Source: Marsupella aquatica | Taxonomy: Eukaryota; Plantae; Marchantiophyta | Direction: 5' to 3' | Assembly: GCA_973895155.1 (NCBI GenBank) | Contig: OZ316893.1 | Location: 23,148,015-23,212,014 of the forward strand | DNA: 64,000 bases | In this document: piece by piece, positions 37,301 to 49,739 of the stretch | Layout of the letters: each line of letters opens with the position of its first letter | How positions within the stretch are numbered: the first letter of the stretch is position 1 | Position numbers and translations under genes: made by a program | The notes under the pieces: model-generated | What the model was told of the DNA's origin: nothing | Seen by the model: only the letters and a program-made list of their open reading frames with translations | Databases searched by the model: none

Positions 37301-39799
37301 TTAATGGTAATTACAGATAACCGTAGCTTTTGAAGGGCAATTGTGGTTTAATCCAACTTGGGGTCTTTGGGAGGGGGAGATTGGCTGAACTACTTGCAGT
37401 ATTATCTCTTTAAAGATTTCTAGTCTCTAATCTATATTATAATTCACACTCAGAGTCTGCTGTTCATGAGTTACTCCTTATAATCTGTAATTTCTCTATT
37501 AACATGTTTTTAATTTACACTATGATTGAGAATGGGCATGGGGAGCCTGGGTATGTGTGGCCCTTGGGGCATACGCACATATATTCAGGATAGTGTGCAC
37601 TATTCAGCCATGGGTGGTGGAAAGGCTATGGATCCAAGCTGCAATTCTACAATACTCATCAAAACATTGTTTTTTTTTTTGGCAAGCCTTACCAAAAGAA
37701 CCGGTTGACTAAAAAAGGGAACTGTAACCAACTCGAGTTATTAATCTTAACAGTCGTTTCGCCCTGCTGAGTTGGCAATTACATTCCCAATGCTTCTGTT
37801 CCTTTCTCAAATATGTTTTTTGGGGGAGAATAAAAACCCCTCGAAAACACGTGCCAGCGTTTTAGTATTGGTGCACAAGAATATTATTCAATTATGGTGT
37901 TTTGAAGTAGATTTGAATCGGTCTACTATGGTGAATGAGGCAAGTCAGTACATTTCAAGTGGGTCAGCCAGAGCTGAGCTGAGCTCGTCTTTCAAGAAAA
38001 TGGAAATCTAAGCGAGTCAAATCCTAGGGAGTAAAATAAGCTAATTCCTAGGCGGTGTTCCAGTATGAGTTTTGGGACTCCCCCCACCCCCTCACACCCC
38101 AACGTGCCCCATGGAACCTGGACAGGAAACGCCAAGACAAAGAGGCGGTAAGCAGCACCATTTGTGGCCCCCCACACAAATTCCCTCACATGCCCAAACT
38201 GTGTCTACATGCATACAGTGATGACAAGGGGACAACCGAATCTAAGGGATGGCAAAAGTCTAAAGGCCTAATTAATCTCAATTTGTTAATCCTACTTATT
38301 CCAGAAGGCCAAAATCAGACGAAGAAGCGGAAAGGAATAACAAAGGTTGTCTCGGGCATATAGGCTCACCACTTCCCAAGTGAGTTGTCTGGCATTCAGT
38401 GAGCCATAAAAAGAAGATAACTTTCTTTTGTAAGGGTAGCAGGCAGAAGGATATGGAATTGGGCCCCCAAGCACCCTCCCTATCTCCCTTCTAGAAATAA
38501 ATTTGCCTGATTAGTGTATTAATATGCTTGAGTAAAAATATTGATGTCTAACACTAATCAGAACTAAGATAACAATAGCCTAATGGACAAGTGTCTCTTG
38601 GGTAGAATTTCTCTACTTGAGGTATATGATCCAACTTGACTGCGTTCGGGATGCTTTTTCATTGCTCACCACTGTGGGATTTCAGCGGTTTCATGTACTT
38701 ATCCTCGAGAATTGAATTGACTCTGTAATGCATTTTGGGGAATGGGAAACTAGGGTGTTTTATGCTTGGGCTGCCCGAGCTCTCATGGGAAACAAAGTTA
38801 CAACAAAAAGAGCAAAAAGTGAATAAAGGTTCCAAGAAAGTGAAACAAAGCAATATAAAATAATTTAGGCAGTGTCATCTCGATTTTCAAAAAAAATTAA
38901 TAATTATTAAATATTAAGTCCAGTTCTCAAAATATTCTGGGATCATTGTGAAAGCTTGAAAGAATTTTGTCATTTTAAATTTTAAGAATTTCTTAAGCAT
39001 ATTTGTGTTAGTATTGACTTTTCAATGAGTACATAATTTTCCAGCTAGAAAAATTCAATAATATTTTTGCGTAGAGTTATTTCTTGACATGGAAAATAAG
39101 TAATATTTTGAATAGGTCCTGTGCCAAGGGGTGGCACTCAAGTATGTCACAACAGATATTACAAAGAGACTAGTCTTATGCCCATGCATTACATATTGTT
39201 GTCAAGAATAAACGATGTCAAGCAAAATTCTCAAAGTACCTGGGGGTCAACAAGTTAGCTTGGCAACCGGATACCAAACTGTGCAAGCTAAGGAAAATAT
39301 GATAGGTTAGACATGGGAAAAGGTAAATAATGGTTTGGTCTCTATCATCTACAACTATAATAAGGGATCCCATCATTTTTAGTCCTTTATTTATATAAAG
39401 AAAGACTCTGAACTGGAGAGATCTAGAGTAGTTAGATTCGATTGGCTGTTTAGGGTTTAGGGTTTCCCATTGTTCCCTATCGTCCCTCCTTGTACTGTGC
39501 AAAGCAAGGGCATAGAACTAGTGGTTAAGAAAAATCATGGCCAATAATTAAATGGTCAGGAAACACTATCGCCAAAAAAACATACAAACCATAAGGAGAA
39601 CCATAATGAAATGGTAATAAAACTTCCCGCCACAATGGTACTTCATAAACAAATCATGAGAAAAAATCATGAAAAAGTGCAAATTGCATGCTTATAATAT
39701 TTAGATTTGATACCGCAACTTACAACAACCGAGTACAATAGACGAAAAATCAAGTTGTACCTTATTTAGAGGACCCAACTCATTGGTCCTGACCCCACG

Positions 39800-40015
39800 A
39801 ATTCACCCAACCAACCAGGATCGAAACATGTAACCAGGTTGTAAGAATTTGGAATTAGAATAACGTACAAGGTGGTACGTTATTGGGACCGGACGGAGGT
39901 GGCCTTTGTCCTTTGGCCTTCGTCCTTTAGTACGTATTACCGTCCTGTACCGTACGAAGGTGGGCAGGGGCACGGGCACGGGCAGGGGCACGGGCAGAGG
40001 TAGCAGTTACACACG
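39800..40015 (+). promoter_or_regulatory. GC-rich putative promoter/5' region
   Basis: CG-retaining island with GTAC clusters and (GGGCAC/GGGCAG)n directly upstream of acgATGGc and a phase-0 donor AAG|GTACAG. Confidence 0.4.
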
Positions 40016-40066
40016 ATGGCTACCGTAGATACGAAGGATCCAGAGGCCGCTCTGAGTCGGTTTAAG
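40016..40066 (+). CDS. Putative first coding exon MATVDTKDPEAALSRFK (gene unidentified)
   Basis: Good Kozak context, 17 codons, donor AAG|GTACAG; downstream exons not identified. Confidence 0.35.
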
Positions 40067-41275
40067 GTACAGGGTTGGGGACAGATGCGGACCGAAAAAG
40101 CAAAGGAACAGGTTTAGGGACATGTGTATCGAAAGGATAAGGCTCGCTGCGTCCCAGGATGCATGCGCCAAATCTAGTACTGGTTTGAGTGTTTTGTGGG
40201 GGCATTTTGTTTTTTAATATAAGCACCAGTGCTCCCCATCAAGTTGTTTAGGGTTGTGGATGGGGCATTTTTTGGCTTGCACTGGACATCCCTATCAGTT
40301 TTCCAGGCAGAGACCCAACTCGGAAATGGGTACTCTATACAAGGGATTCACCCCACTCAGAATTGGTACTCTATACTAGGGATGTGGAGGCTGCGATGAG
40401 TTAGGGCCCTATAACTGCACATCAAAATATGACATATATTGTGTACAACATCACTCCATAACATGTTAAATCTTGTTACTTTTTTTAAATCAATGAGTGC
40501 ACACCATATATTTCCACATTTTGATGTGTGATTACCACAGAGCTATGAGTTTGGTTAAGGTACAGGTTTAGGGACATGTGTACTGAAAGGCTAAGACTTC
40601 CTGTGTCCTTGTAGCATTTGGGCCTGGATGTGCCAAATCTCAGACTGGGTTGAGTTTTAAGGGGGATTTTGTTTTTTAATCCATTTTAGAACATCTACAC
40701 CAGTACTCCCCATGGAATTGTTTAGGGTTGTGGAGCAGGAATTTTTGGCTTGCACTGGATGACATCCCAATCCTTTTTTCGGACACTGACCCAACTTGGA
40801 AATGGATGCAGTTGATATGAGGGATCTCGAGGCTGCTATGAGTTTGTTTAAGGTACAGGTTTATGGACAGATGTGTACCAAAAGGACAAGGCTTGATGCA
40901 TCCTTGTAGCATTTGGGCCCCGGATGCACCAAATCTTGTATTGGATTGAGTTTTCCTTTTGAGATTTTGCTTTCCGGTACTTCTTAGAGCATCCCACACA
41001 GGTACTCCCATTGGAGTTGTTTAGGGTTGAAGAGGGGGGAACGGGGAATTGGTTTTGATTTGCAGGGTTGGATTCCATCCAGATATTTTCCAGGCAGAGA
41101 CTCAACTCTAATTGAGTATAGTAGATAGGAAGATCCAGTGCCCGACCCAGAGGTGTAGGGAATGATTTAAGTAAAAGGATAAGGCTGGGTGCATCCTCAT
41201 AGCATTTGGCCCTGGGGATGATCCAAATCTTGTACTATTCTCAGTTTTGGGGGGGATTTTGCTTTAGGGGTTTTA
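40016..41275. repeat. Diverged tandem repeat, ~300 bp unit, ~4 copies
   Basis: Repeated blocks ttaaggtacagg, ccaaatct..act.g.ttgag, ttgtttagggttg, ttttccaggcagagac.caact. Confidence 0.85.
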
Positions 41276-41326
41276 GGCCAGCCGCTACCTTAGTGTGACC
41301 AAACATTTTTTACTACAGCAGACTTA

Positions 41327-42772
41327 TTGCAGCCATTTCAGCTCTGGTTTGCACAAGTATACATGGCACTTGGTGGGTCATGAGTATCAACTTGTACACC
41401 ACTTTTGTGGCCAAAGTTTTGACCACCTCGCATGCTGATCTAAAGTGTTGGCCACTTGGTCTTTGGATTTGCATTCACTGAGTTTCCAACACTGGCCCTT
41501 TGGTTAGTCTCAGGCGTGGAACCTTGATTTAAGCTGAAATTTTTTCACTCATTTTGGTCTAGGAAGGGTATGACTATTTGCCCAGTCGTTCTTCCTTTGA
41601 ATTGGTTTTTTATAAATGTTTTCACCCGCGAAAAACCCCACGGGCGGGGCGAACAAGCCACGCGGCAAACAGACCCCCAAAATTAAGGGCCCAGAAAATG
41701 AGCCAACCAGAACAAACAGACCCCGTTTGTCAAAGAAAAGAGACCAAGGGAGAGAGAGACACGCCCACGGGCAGCAGCCACTTGAAGACACATCACCAGG
41801 GAACATAGCTGATCCCCAAACACCCTAGCAGGCCCCCACCTTCCCAACCGGCCTCAGTGAGGAGTCCGTGTCAACCCCCAGAGTATAAACAGCCCCTACC
41901 ACTACTGAGCCAAAGCCTACGCAGGCTGTCAATCCAGTCCTTAGCCCGTCGTAAACGAGAGTTTTTCCTACCCGGGGGTGAGCCTCTGCTTACAGCATTC
42001 AGGCACTCCGCCGTCTTAGACAGCACCAGGCCAAGATCAAAAGAATGCCTACCACCAACCTGGAACATATGGGCGTTTCTGCCCAACCAAAGCATCCATA
42101 AACACTGGTGCAGAACAAAAAGCCTGGCAATCTGAATCGGGTCTATCCCAAAGGCAGAGTCCAACAGAGTCATCAGCCCTTGTCCTAATGGCATGCCCAG
42201 CTCACGTAAGAAGTGATGGCTAAGTCCCCAACAGCTAGCCACATGAACACATCCAAAGAAAACATGGGGAATGGTCTCCAACACACCGCTGCAAAGTTTG
42301 CACTCTCCATTGCTCATCGCAATTCTGCGTGCTCTAGCCCCCGTGAAGAGGACCCCAACAATGGTACGCCATATGAAAGTCTTTCCCCTGGTCGGCAGGT
42401 CCGAGCGCCAGAGCTTTGCCCAGCCTATCTTCCATTCTACTTCCGTCCTAGAAATAGACCAAATCCAGTTCAAGCGACCATGGTTTGACCTTTTAGGCCT
42501 CAAGAATTCATACACGCGACAGTTCTCAATCCTGAAGTCTTTCAGTCGCTCCGCCTTGTCCGACCAAACCCACTGTTTGGCATAGAGGAAGTAGTCCGCC
42601 CTGCATTCATTGGTGTTCCAGAGACATTCAAGGAACGACCGAGATAATTCTCTGTGCTCTTAAGAGAATCCGCGCAGGTTGTGCCATCTCAGTGGGAGGT
42701 CTTTCCATCCTCCATCCTCAGTTGACCATAGCAAAAAGAAAAAAAAGTCCAGTCGTTCTTGTAAAGCCCCTC
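41327..42772. mobile_element. Tourist-like MITE interrupted by a LINE
   Basis: 41327-41593 plus 42761-42772 is homologous to the MITE at 51027-51324; right end tgtaaagcccctc followed by TTA; TTA also precedes the left end. Confidence 0.65.
41594..42748 (-). mobile_element. 5'-truncated L1-clade LINE (ORF2 C-terminus, zf-RVT)
   Basis: ORF 41871-42515 WAKLWRSDLPTRGKTFIWR...CKLCSGVLETIPHVFFGC...W...WMLWLGRN (zf-RVT CCHC); 12-bp TSD CCAGTCGTTCTT at 41582-41593 and 42749-42760. Confidence 0.9.
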
Positions 42773-43771
42773 TTAATATTTCTATGGCATCCATACCAGT
42801 ACTCCACACCAGTGTCATCTAGGGTCTCAATCCTCCTCAACAGTCGCCCTCAGAAGGTTTAGGGCGATTGTCGTCAGGAAGGTCTCAATCTAGTCTCAAT
42901 CCTCCATCAAACAGGTCTTAATCCCCAAACAGGACCAAAACCTCCAAAAAACTAGACTGCTCTTCCAATGTACTCATGTTCCTAAATCATGCCTTCCAAT
43001 CAATAAGGCACCTTGAGAGGCCAGGCCTGAAAGCAGAAAGGATGCAGCACCCAAAGCCATAAAAGGATTCCCATATGTAGCAGGGTCAAGTAATTTGTGA
43101 TTGTCTTTCGAATCAAAAGATTTCATAATCCAACAATCTCTATATTCCATGTATTGCTTAAGTTGGCACGTAATTCAACAATAGCTTGATTAACTGGAGA
43201 TAAACCTGAGAATTGGTTGACTTATATGCTTTGAAGTTTTGCCCCAATGCCATTAATGTTATTTTTGGCTATGGTTGATAATTTCTCTTAGAGAAGTGAA
43301 ATCCATTATTCATATTCTCCTTGAACTTGTCCATCTTAAAGAGCTCATAAATCTAGCTTTTCATAAAGTTGTTTCTCAAGTATGACTATAACATCCAGGT
43401 TTTTTTAAGGTCTAGGGCAAGTAGCCATTGTGGCGACTGCCAATTGGCTTTCCTAAGAAGAGGTTGCATCTTATGGTTCCATGGCTTGGGAGGGGTGGCG
43501 ACCTCTTGCCCACCCAATGGATGTTTTTGGCTAGCAGTCTTATCCATCTATAAGGATTGAGCGGCGACAAGCCTAGGGTGTGTATCAGAGCTTTTGGCAA
43601 AATTGAACCAAAGCCTGTAAGAAGAATAAGTGAGGATAAGAAACACATATAAGAGGCACCTGAACTAAATCTCAAAGCAATATATGTTAGCCTTGTGAAT
43701 GTAAATTAATTATGTGTAGGGGAATTGAACCCCTCCACACTCCCAAATACACCTACCCCCAAGCACCTCGC

Positions 43772-43882
43772 TACCTGGTACATAGCCCAGTACACAGGTA
43801 TGTGAGTACACCTAGTACTTAGCCCAACACACAAGTATGTGAGCACACCTGGTACATAGCCCAATACATAGGTATGTGAGCA
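43772..43882. repeat. Tandem repeat 3 x ~37 bp
   Basis: acct(g/a)gtac(a/t)tagccca..aca.a.gtatgtgag occurs three times. Confidence 0.85.
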
Positions 43883-44743
43883 GGAGGTGCTATTAACGTA
43901 CATTTTTGTGATAGGATACTGGCTATCAATTACAACTCTCTGGTAGGACACTAGTGAGCAAGCCCAACAGTGGCTTTGGGAGAAACTAGCGAGCCCACAT
44001 ACACTCTTGTCACCTCAGGATTTGGCAATTTTTGCCAACAAAAAAAGGCTGATACCATCAGTTGTCAGTCAGGACATCGCTTAATAGATATCATTTGCCA
44101 CATCATTTTAGAGAGACAGCCAAGATAGACTGCAACCATACAAGTAGACATTGTCTGACCATTCCTCCATGTTGAAAAGGCTAGCCAAGATTGAGCCTGG
44201 CAGCTGAGCCTCACCATGGTTCAGGGCCAGATATAGGGTAATTGATAAAATTGCTCACCTCTGTCATTTGTCACATACCATTTATTGAAACTGGAGAAGA
44301 CAGCCTAGCAAATATGCTTCAAGTCTAATTCCATTTGTTGCATCAGCCCTAAACTCTTTGGAGGCAATACTCATGCTCTCTACATCAGCAAGTCTTTGTC
44401 GATGCCTTTTATATACAACTCAAGTAATGTTGGCATTGAGGGATATATACAATCGTCTGGTGCTTGTGGTTGTGTCAGGTCCAGAGTAGGTAAGAGAATC
44501 CGCTGAACAAACCCTTGTGTCCCCTAGGGGCCCCCTACTAGAGTTGAGGTATATATGCAAGTCCTCCATACACTGGTTGAGATATATATAAGATAAACTC
44601 ATTCCCCAATGATAGTAAACTTTACAAAATTATTGTAATTGCACTCTCTCATTTTGACCGCAACATGTGAAGAGAGATTGGACAGAGGTTCAAGGAGGCT
44701 CTTATATAGCAAATCCACCTTTCAGTTTTATTGTCTTATTCAG

Positions 44744-45118
44744 GAACTTAAAGCCGGGATAGACACAAACGTTTGCAGGGACAACCCGGATGGACATAGC
44801 CTGTTGACACTATAACACCAATCCCTAATGACACCAAAAATGGATTACAGGTGTCTTATGAACGGAAGCTAACCAAGATTTAGACATTAAGTTAAGTACG
44901 TCTAACCTCCTTCGTTGCTCCTGACTGGATAGCTATGGGAAGAAACAACCAAAAACCTCCTGCTCCTGGTCCAACAGCTCCTTACAGGTCACCAATGGAG
45001 CACAAGTGAAAAGCATGTTATACAAGCACATTCTTAAGTTTGTTCTGTGTCCATCCAGGTTGTGTTTGTCCATCGGGGCTTTTTCTCAAACGTTTGTGTC
45101 TATCCAAGCTTTAAGTTC
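44744..45118. mobile_element. Mutator-like MITE (375 bp)
   Basis: TIRs gaacttaaagc..ggatagacacaaacgtttg / caaacgtttgtgtctatcc..gctttaagttc; 9-bp TSD CTTATTCAG at 44735-44743 and 45119-45127. Confidence 0.85.
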
Positions 45119-46585
45119 CTTATTCAGACTTTTTGTTGCGTATTTAAATTATTCCAATGTGTCTTAACAAGGTGCATCCCTTGAATACCTTAGATTTTGA
45201 ATTTATATTGGCACCGCTCTAAATATTCACTACCTAAGTAAATACATAATTATCTCTCCTCTTGTACATTATTTGCACAACCCAATGCCATAGACTTAAA
45301 CTTTTACAGGTCATTGTTATTTTTTATTACGTGTGCTGTATGTCTGCTCTTGTACCTTATGTGCACACCTTTTCAATATCATACACTAGGCACCTTGTAT
45401 TTTTCCTAGTCATTGTGTGACTTGTATTTTATCCCCCCAATCCTAATCTGCAGTAACCATAAAGAAATTATATCACCTGCATATCACTTAAAGACAAAAA
45501 AAAATGAAAGTAACACGTTCCAGGATGAACATGCTATAATGAAGAGGGATTGAAGAGAGGCGTCCCATATTAGTTCTTTTGATTGGTACAATAGATTCTA
45601 GTTAGAGTGGGATAAAGTGTATCAACGGGAAAATATGGCCCACACAAAATTAAAGAGCACATTGGTGGGACATATGCCTTTTGGTTTGAAGAGAGTTGAG
45701 GGCTTTCACTTTCACAAATTGGCACATCAAGTGCGAAGCATAAGGTCATTTTATTGGTTCTAAGGGATTACTTCAAAAATTTCTTGGAATAATATTAGGG
45801 TCTTTCTAATAATGCTTTTTGAATATTCTAACTTATTAGGGGTTAAAATAATTTTTTCATTACATTTTATGGGGCCCAAGGCCTCAAAACAGTGCAAGTG
45901 ATGGGGAGGCCTCCATATAGTGTGACCCCAAAGGGAGAGATGACAACCTGGGTACAAGGTTACTAGGCTATAATCCTATGGCCAGAAAGTGGAGGAACTG
46001 AGAGGTGGGAGCTAGCCAAGAAGCATTTCTGAGCAATCCGAACATGATTTAGTCTAGAACCCTAGCCCAGGCCGTCCTTATACATTGTAGGTAAATACAA
46101 ACCGGCCCAGCCAAAAGGAACTTAGGGTGATTAGAGCAGCCGCACCAGTACTTGGCATTGGGCTACGGGTCAGCATTTCCTCCCATATACAAGCTCAAGG
46201 TGTTTTTTGGGTTTGCACTGGTGGTAGGCATCAACATTATTTGTCCAGGCTTCAACGCTTTGAGTTTTCTAGACCGGAATATGTCACCTATTTCCAAGTC
46301 TGGATTCTGCTTTTGTCAGTGCTTCCAAAGCACATTGACAAGCATCCTCGCAGCACAATGTGTTCACATCTCCTGCCTCCATCAACATTCCCTCATTTCT
46401 ATAAAATTTGGCACCAGCATTCCTGTCGAGAGCTCTGCCAAGGCTGTCAAGCACAGTTTTGCACACGTTTTGCTGCTGCTTGAAGCTCGTGGTCCCAACT
46501 CCCAGTACATTGACACTACATGCGTCACAATTTCTGATGTACAGGACAATGCACAGTGATTGTGAGCACTGTGTGATCTATCCAC

Positions 46586-47505
46586 ATGGCCGCGCAAGGG
46601 AAGAATTTCAGTTCTGCATAATTGCAGCAACTTTGCTATTCCTATTTGGAGATTTCCCAGGACCCATGCATGGGTTAGGGCAAAGAGAGAGAATTTCTAA
46701 GAGCGTTTAGGGGAGCATTATGATAGGATAAACCAAGAGGTCTTGAAAGTAGGACTCCAAAATCCCTTGAGAGCAAGTGGGGGGATGTCCAAAAGGCCAC
46801 GACTCATTTTATTGGATGCCACAAATCTGTGGAAGACCTTATTTGTGGACACATTGAATAAGGCCAAAGAACATTACAAGGCGCGTCATTCTAAAGGCAA
46901 GGATTTCACATTTTCAATGTGCTACAACATTTTGAAGGACTGCCCAAGGTGGACATTGTTGGAAGACCAGATGTCTAAGTCAAATTCCAACTGGAAGCAG
47001 CCGGTGGGGACTCCAATAGGGAACAAGGAGATAACAACAATATTCTTCCCAAGGATGGGCCAAACAGTATTGAATCTGAGTCAGAGAAGGACCAGAATGA
47101 CCTCGACAATTCTCAAGGGAATTCCAACAAGAGACCCCTTGGAAGTAAGCTAGCAAAGGAGAACGCCAAGAAAAGAAAGGCCAGGAAGATGCATTCAAGA
47201 TGGCTGCCCAAGCTCAAAAGGTAATGGCTGAAACCGGGAGGGAACGCTTGAGAATTTTGGAGAGCCAAGCATTCATGAATATGCTCACATTGCCTATGGA
47301 GCACCTTGACATTGAGATATTGGAAGTTATGAGAGCATGGAAGCAGGATGCAATGACCAAGATGAAGGACATAATGACTGTCCGTAGCCCCACTGTACCC
47401 TCTCCATTCCTACCCACGGCAAGTAGGAGTTCACTTCCAAATGCAATGCCTAGTGATGAAGAGTCATCACCTACGGATGAACTTGATCCTACATCCCCCA
47501 ATTAG
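46586..47505 (+). pseudogene. PIF/Harbinger ORF1 (Myb/SANT-like DNA-binding protein), frameshifted
   Basis: MAAQGKNFSSA*LQQLCYSYLEISQDPCMG ... SRTPKSLESKWGDVQKATTHFIGCHKSVE ... KAKEHYKARHSKGKDFTFSMCYNILKDCPRW ... RPLGSKLAKENAKKRK; motifs typical of plant PIF/Pong ORF1. Confidence 0.85.
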
Positions 47506-48263
47506 CTCAATATTGTGTGATAATTTTGGTGCAATGTACTCAAAACATTTTGAATTGAAATAAAGTGGTGAATTCTGACTTGATTTGTGAGAGTAGTCCA
47601 CCTCTTATAATTAAATGAAGTATGCATATTCAATGCCCTCCTGTAGCACTTGAGTACATTGTTAGGCAATTATTTATTGCCTTCTGTGTCGTGGTACAGA
47701 AGTGATGTGAACTCCCAACGCGTGATCACTGAGAAGCTCCCATGGAGTCTTTGTTGGATTTTTTCCTTCCTTTACAGCCCTCTGAGGATCGACACTTGGT
47801 TATTTCAGCTTGAGAGTCTGGTTTGTGGGGTTGAAGTTTTTCTCGTATTTCTTGTTCAAGATCGAGAAGGTGTAGGATCAGCTGAGATTTGCAAGCTTCG
47901 TTGGCGCTGCTGCATTTGTGTGACTTTTCAGGCATTGGTCCACAACAAGGAGAAATCATGTCAGCATCCAACTCTGAGAGCTCCATGGCTCACTCCAAGC
48001 CATGCTCGTCCAGTGTAAAGCCCACTCTGAGTAGAGGCTCAACTGCAAAAGAGAAGGGCAAGAAGAAGACCCCTAGGCCTCATTTTGTGCTGAATGAGTG
48101 GACACAAAATTTTGCTGATCGAGAGAGAGAGCTGCCTCGAGAGCTGCTTCGCATACTTCAGGAAGAAGACAACAATGAGTATGTTGCATTTCTCTTAATT
48201 TTATTTATGTATGTATAGTTTAGGTATGTAGAATTCTATTTGACTGTGTACCATTTTGACTGT

Positions 48264-48385
48264 GTACATTGCACCAAAATTATCACACAATATTGAGCTA
48301 ATTGGGGGATGTAGGATCAAGTTCATCAGTAGGCGATGACTCTTCATCACTAGGCATTGCATTTGGAAGTGAACTCCTACTTGCC
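48264..48385 (-). repeat. Inverted 122-bp copy of 47418-47539
   Basis: Near-identical reverse complement (2 mismatches seen), flanked by repeated ttttgactgtgtacc. Confidence 0.9.
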
Positions 48386-48599
48386 ATTTTGACTGTGTAC
48401 CATTTTGACTTTGAAGCATATAGGCTTCGAGTGTGTAGCAATTACACTACGCCTTCAGGTTGCATCAGCACTACTCTCTATTGTTTGCTTAAGGGCTGGG
48501 ACTCTTCATAGTGTAATCTCCACTTTGTCACTGCTGTTGGGAATATTCCAACCTACCTTTCCATTGACCAACTTGTTCTTCTTGTCGGTAAGCAGTTGA

Positions 48600-49410
48600 T
48601 TGTCATTGACCACAAGATGTGGGAAGGTAACTAAGAGTTTTTTGACTAAGAGCTAGGTCTTCACTGTGGAGGACCTCGCCACACCAAGTCATGGCTGGAA
48701 AACTCTAGAACAGATCCACGAACCGCTTTGATTGACCCGACATAGCACTCTACAACTTCTTCCGCAACTCCTTGGTCTGTTGAACACCTGCGAGGGGTCA
48801 ATGGAGGGGGGACTCCCCACTTCTGAGGGGTGGATTTGGAAGTGGCCCAAAGGTGAGAAGAAAGGGTGGAATATTCCTACCAAGATGTGGGCTGCGATGG
48901 CGTAGCAGTATACTACACCCACGGTGCAACGTACTCAACCGTAGGTGATTCTCTCTTGACTCAGAAGCAATCTAGAGGAGCCGGTGGACCTCTTCTAGTG
49001 TTAAGCTAATTTTTTGGAAGGTGCTCCAGGCTGGGTTTTTTGTGAATTTGCATGCTTTGAAGTGGTCCATGAGTGATGGCCATTGTACAGCCTGCCAAGG
49101 GAACATTGAAATGATTGAATGCATATTCTACGACTGCCCACAGTTGAGGCCCAGTTGGACTCAGCTCAAACTCCTTGATATTGGCACCACTCTGAATAAG
49201 GCTGCTGACCGTTGCTCCTTCTTTGGTAAGGTTGACACTACTATTCGGTCCCAGGAGCGCATTCCTGGCTTCCTCCTTCTCATCCATGAGATGCTAACAC
49301 TACCAGGCATTCGTTGCACCTTTTTCTACAAGGAGCTGCTATCCACATTCAAGCTACCCTTCACCACTCTAGCAGTGTGCACAAGGCCAGATGATTACAT
49401 CATACTTTAA
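48600..49410 (+). mobile_element. L1-clade LINE fragment (zf-RVT region)
   Basis: EGWIWKW...GWNIPTKMW, then LQAGFF...DGHCTACQGNIEMIECIFYDCPQLRPSW (degenerate zf-RVT); boundaries approximate. Confidence 0.7.
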
Positions 49411-49739
49411 TTGAAATCATTGTTTTGATTGCTAGGGCTTCTAGTCACAGTTGAATTGATTAGTGGGGGTCTTTCGTTTTAGTACCTTGTTCTTGCCAGT
49501 GTTGTGGTGTTGGCGTTATGGTGTCGGTTGTGGTGTGTGCTGGCCCTTGGCTTGTATTGTTTTGTGCCCTGCTGGTCTTTGCTGTGGTGGCCATTTTAAT
49601 AAATTTCCAAGTTTCCCAACAACAACAAAAGTATGTAGTGAGTTCTGAATTATGTTTACGCAAAGTTGAAATAAAACAATTGCACTTTATTGCTCAGTTG
49701 TGCTTTTGTGTACAACAAAGTGTAAATCTAGTTGTTACT

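Noticed and set aside
39448-39468. Telomerase RNA template (AAACCCTAAACCCTAAAC, minus strand)
   Set aside because: No USE/TATA Pol III promoter and no complementary G-rich/C-rich ends; more likely a telo-box or short interstitial repeat.
43715-43780. tRNA gene (GGTTCAATTCCC B-box, minus strand)
   Set aside because: No cloverleaf; at most a decayed tRNA-derived SINE head.
46130-46560. Gypsy integrase zinc-binding fragment on the minus strand
   Set aside because: HHCC residues are not convincingly present; may simply be Harbinger subterminal sequence.
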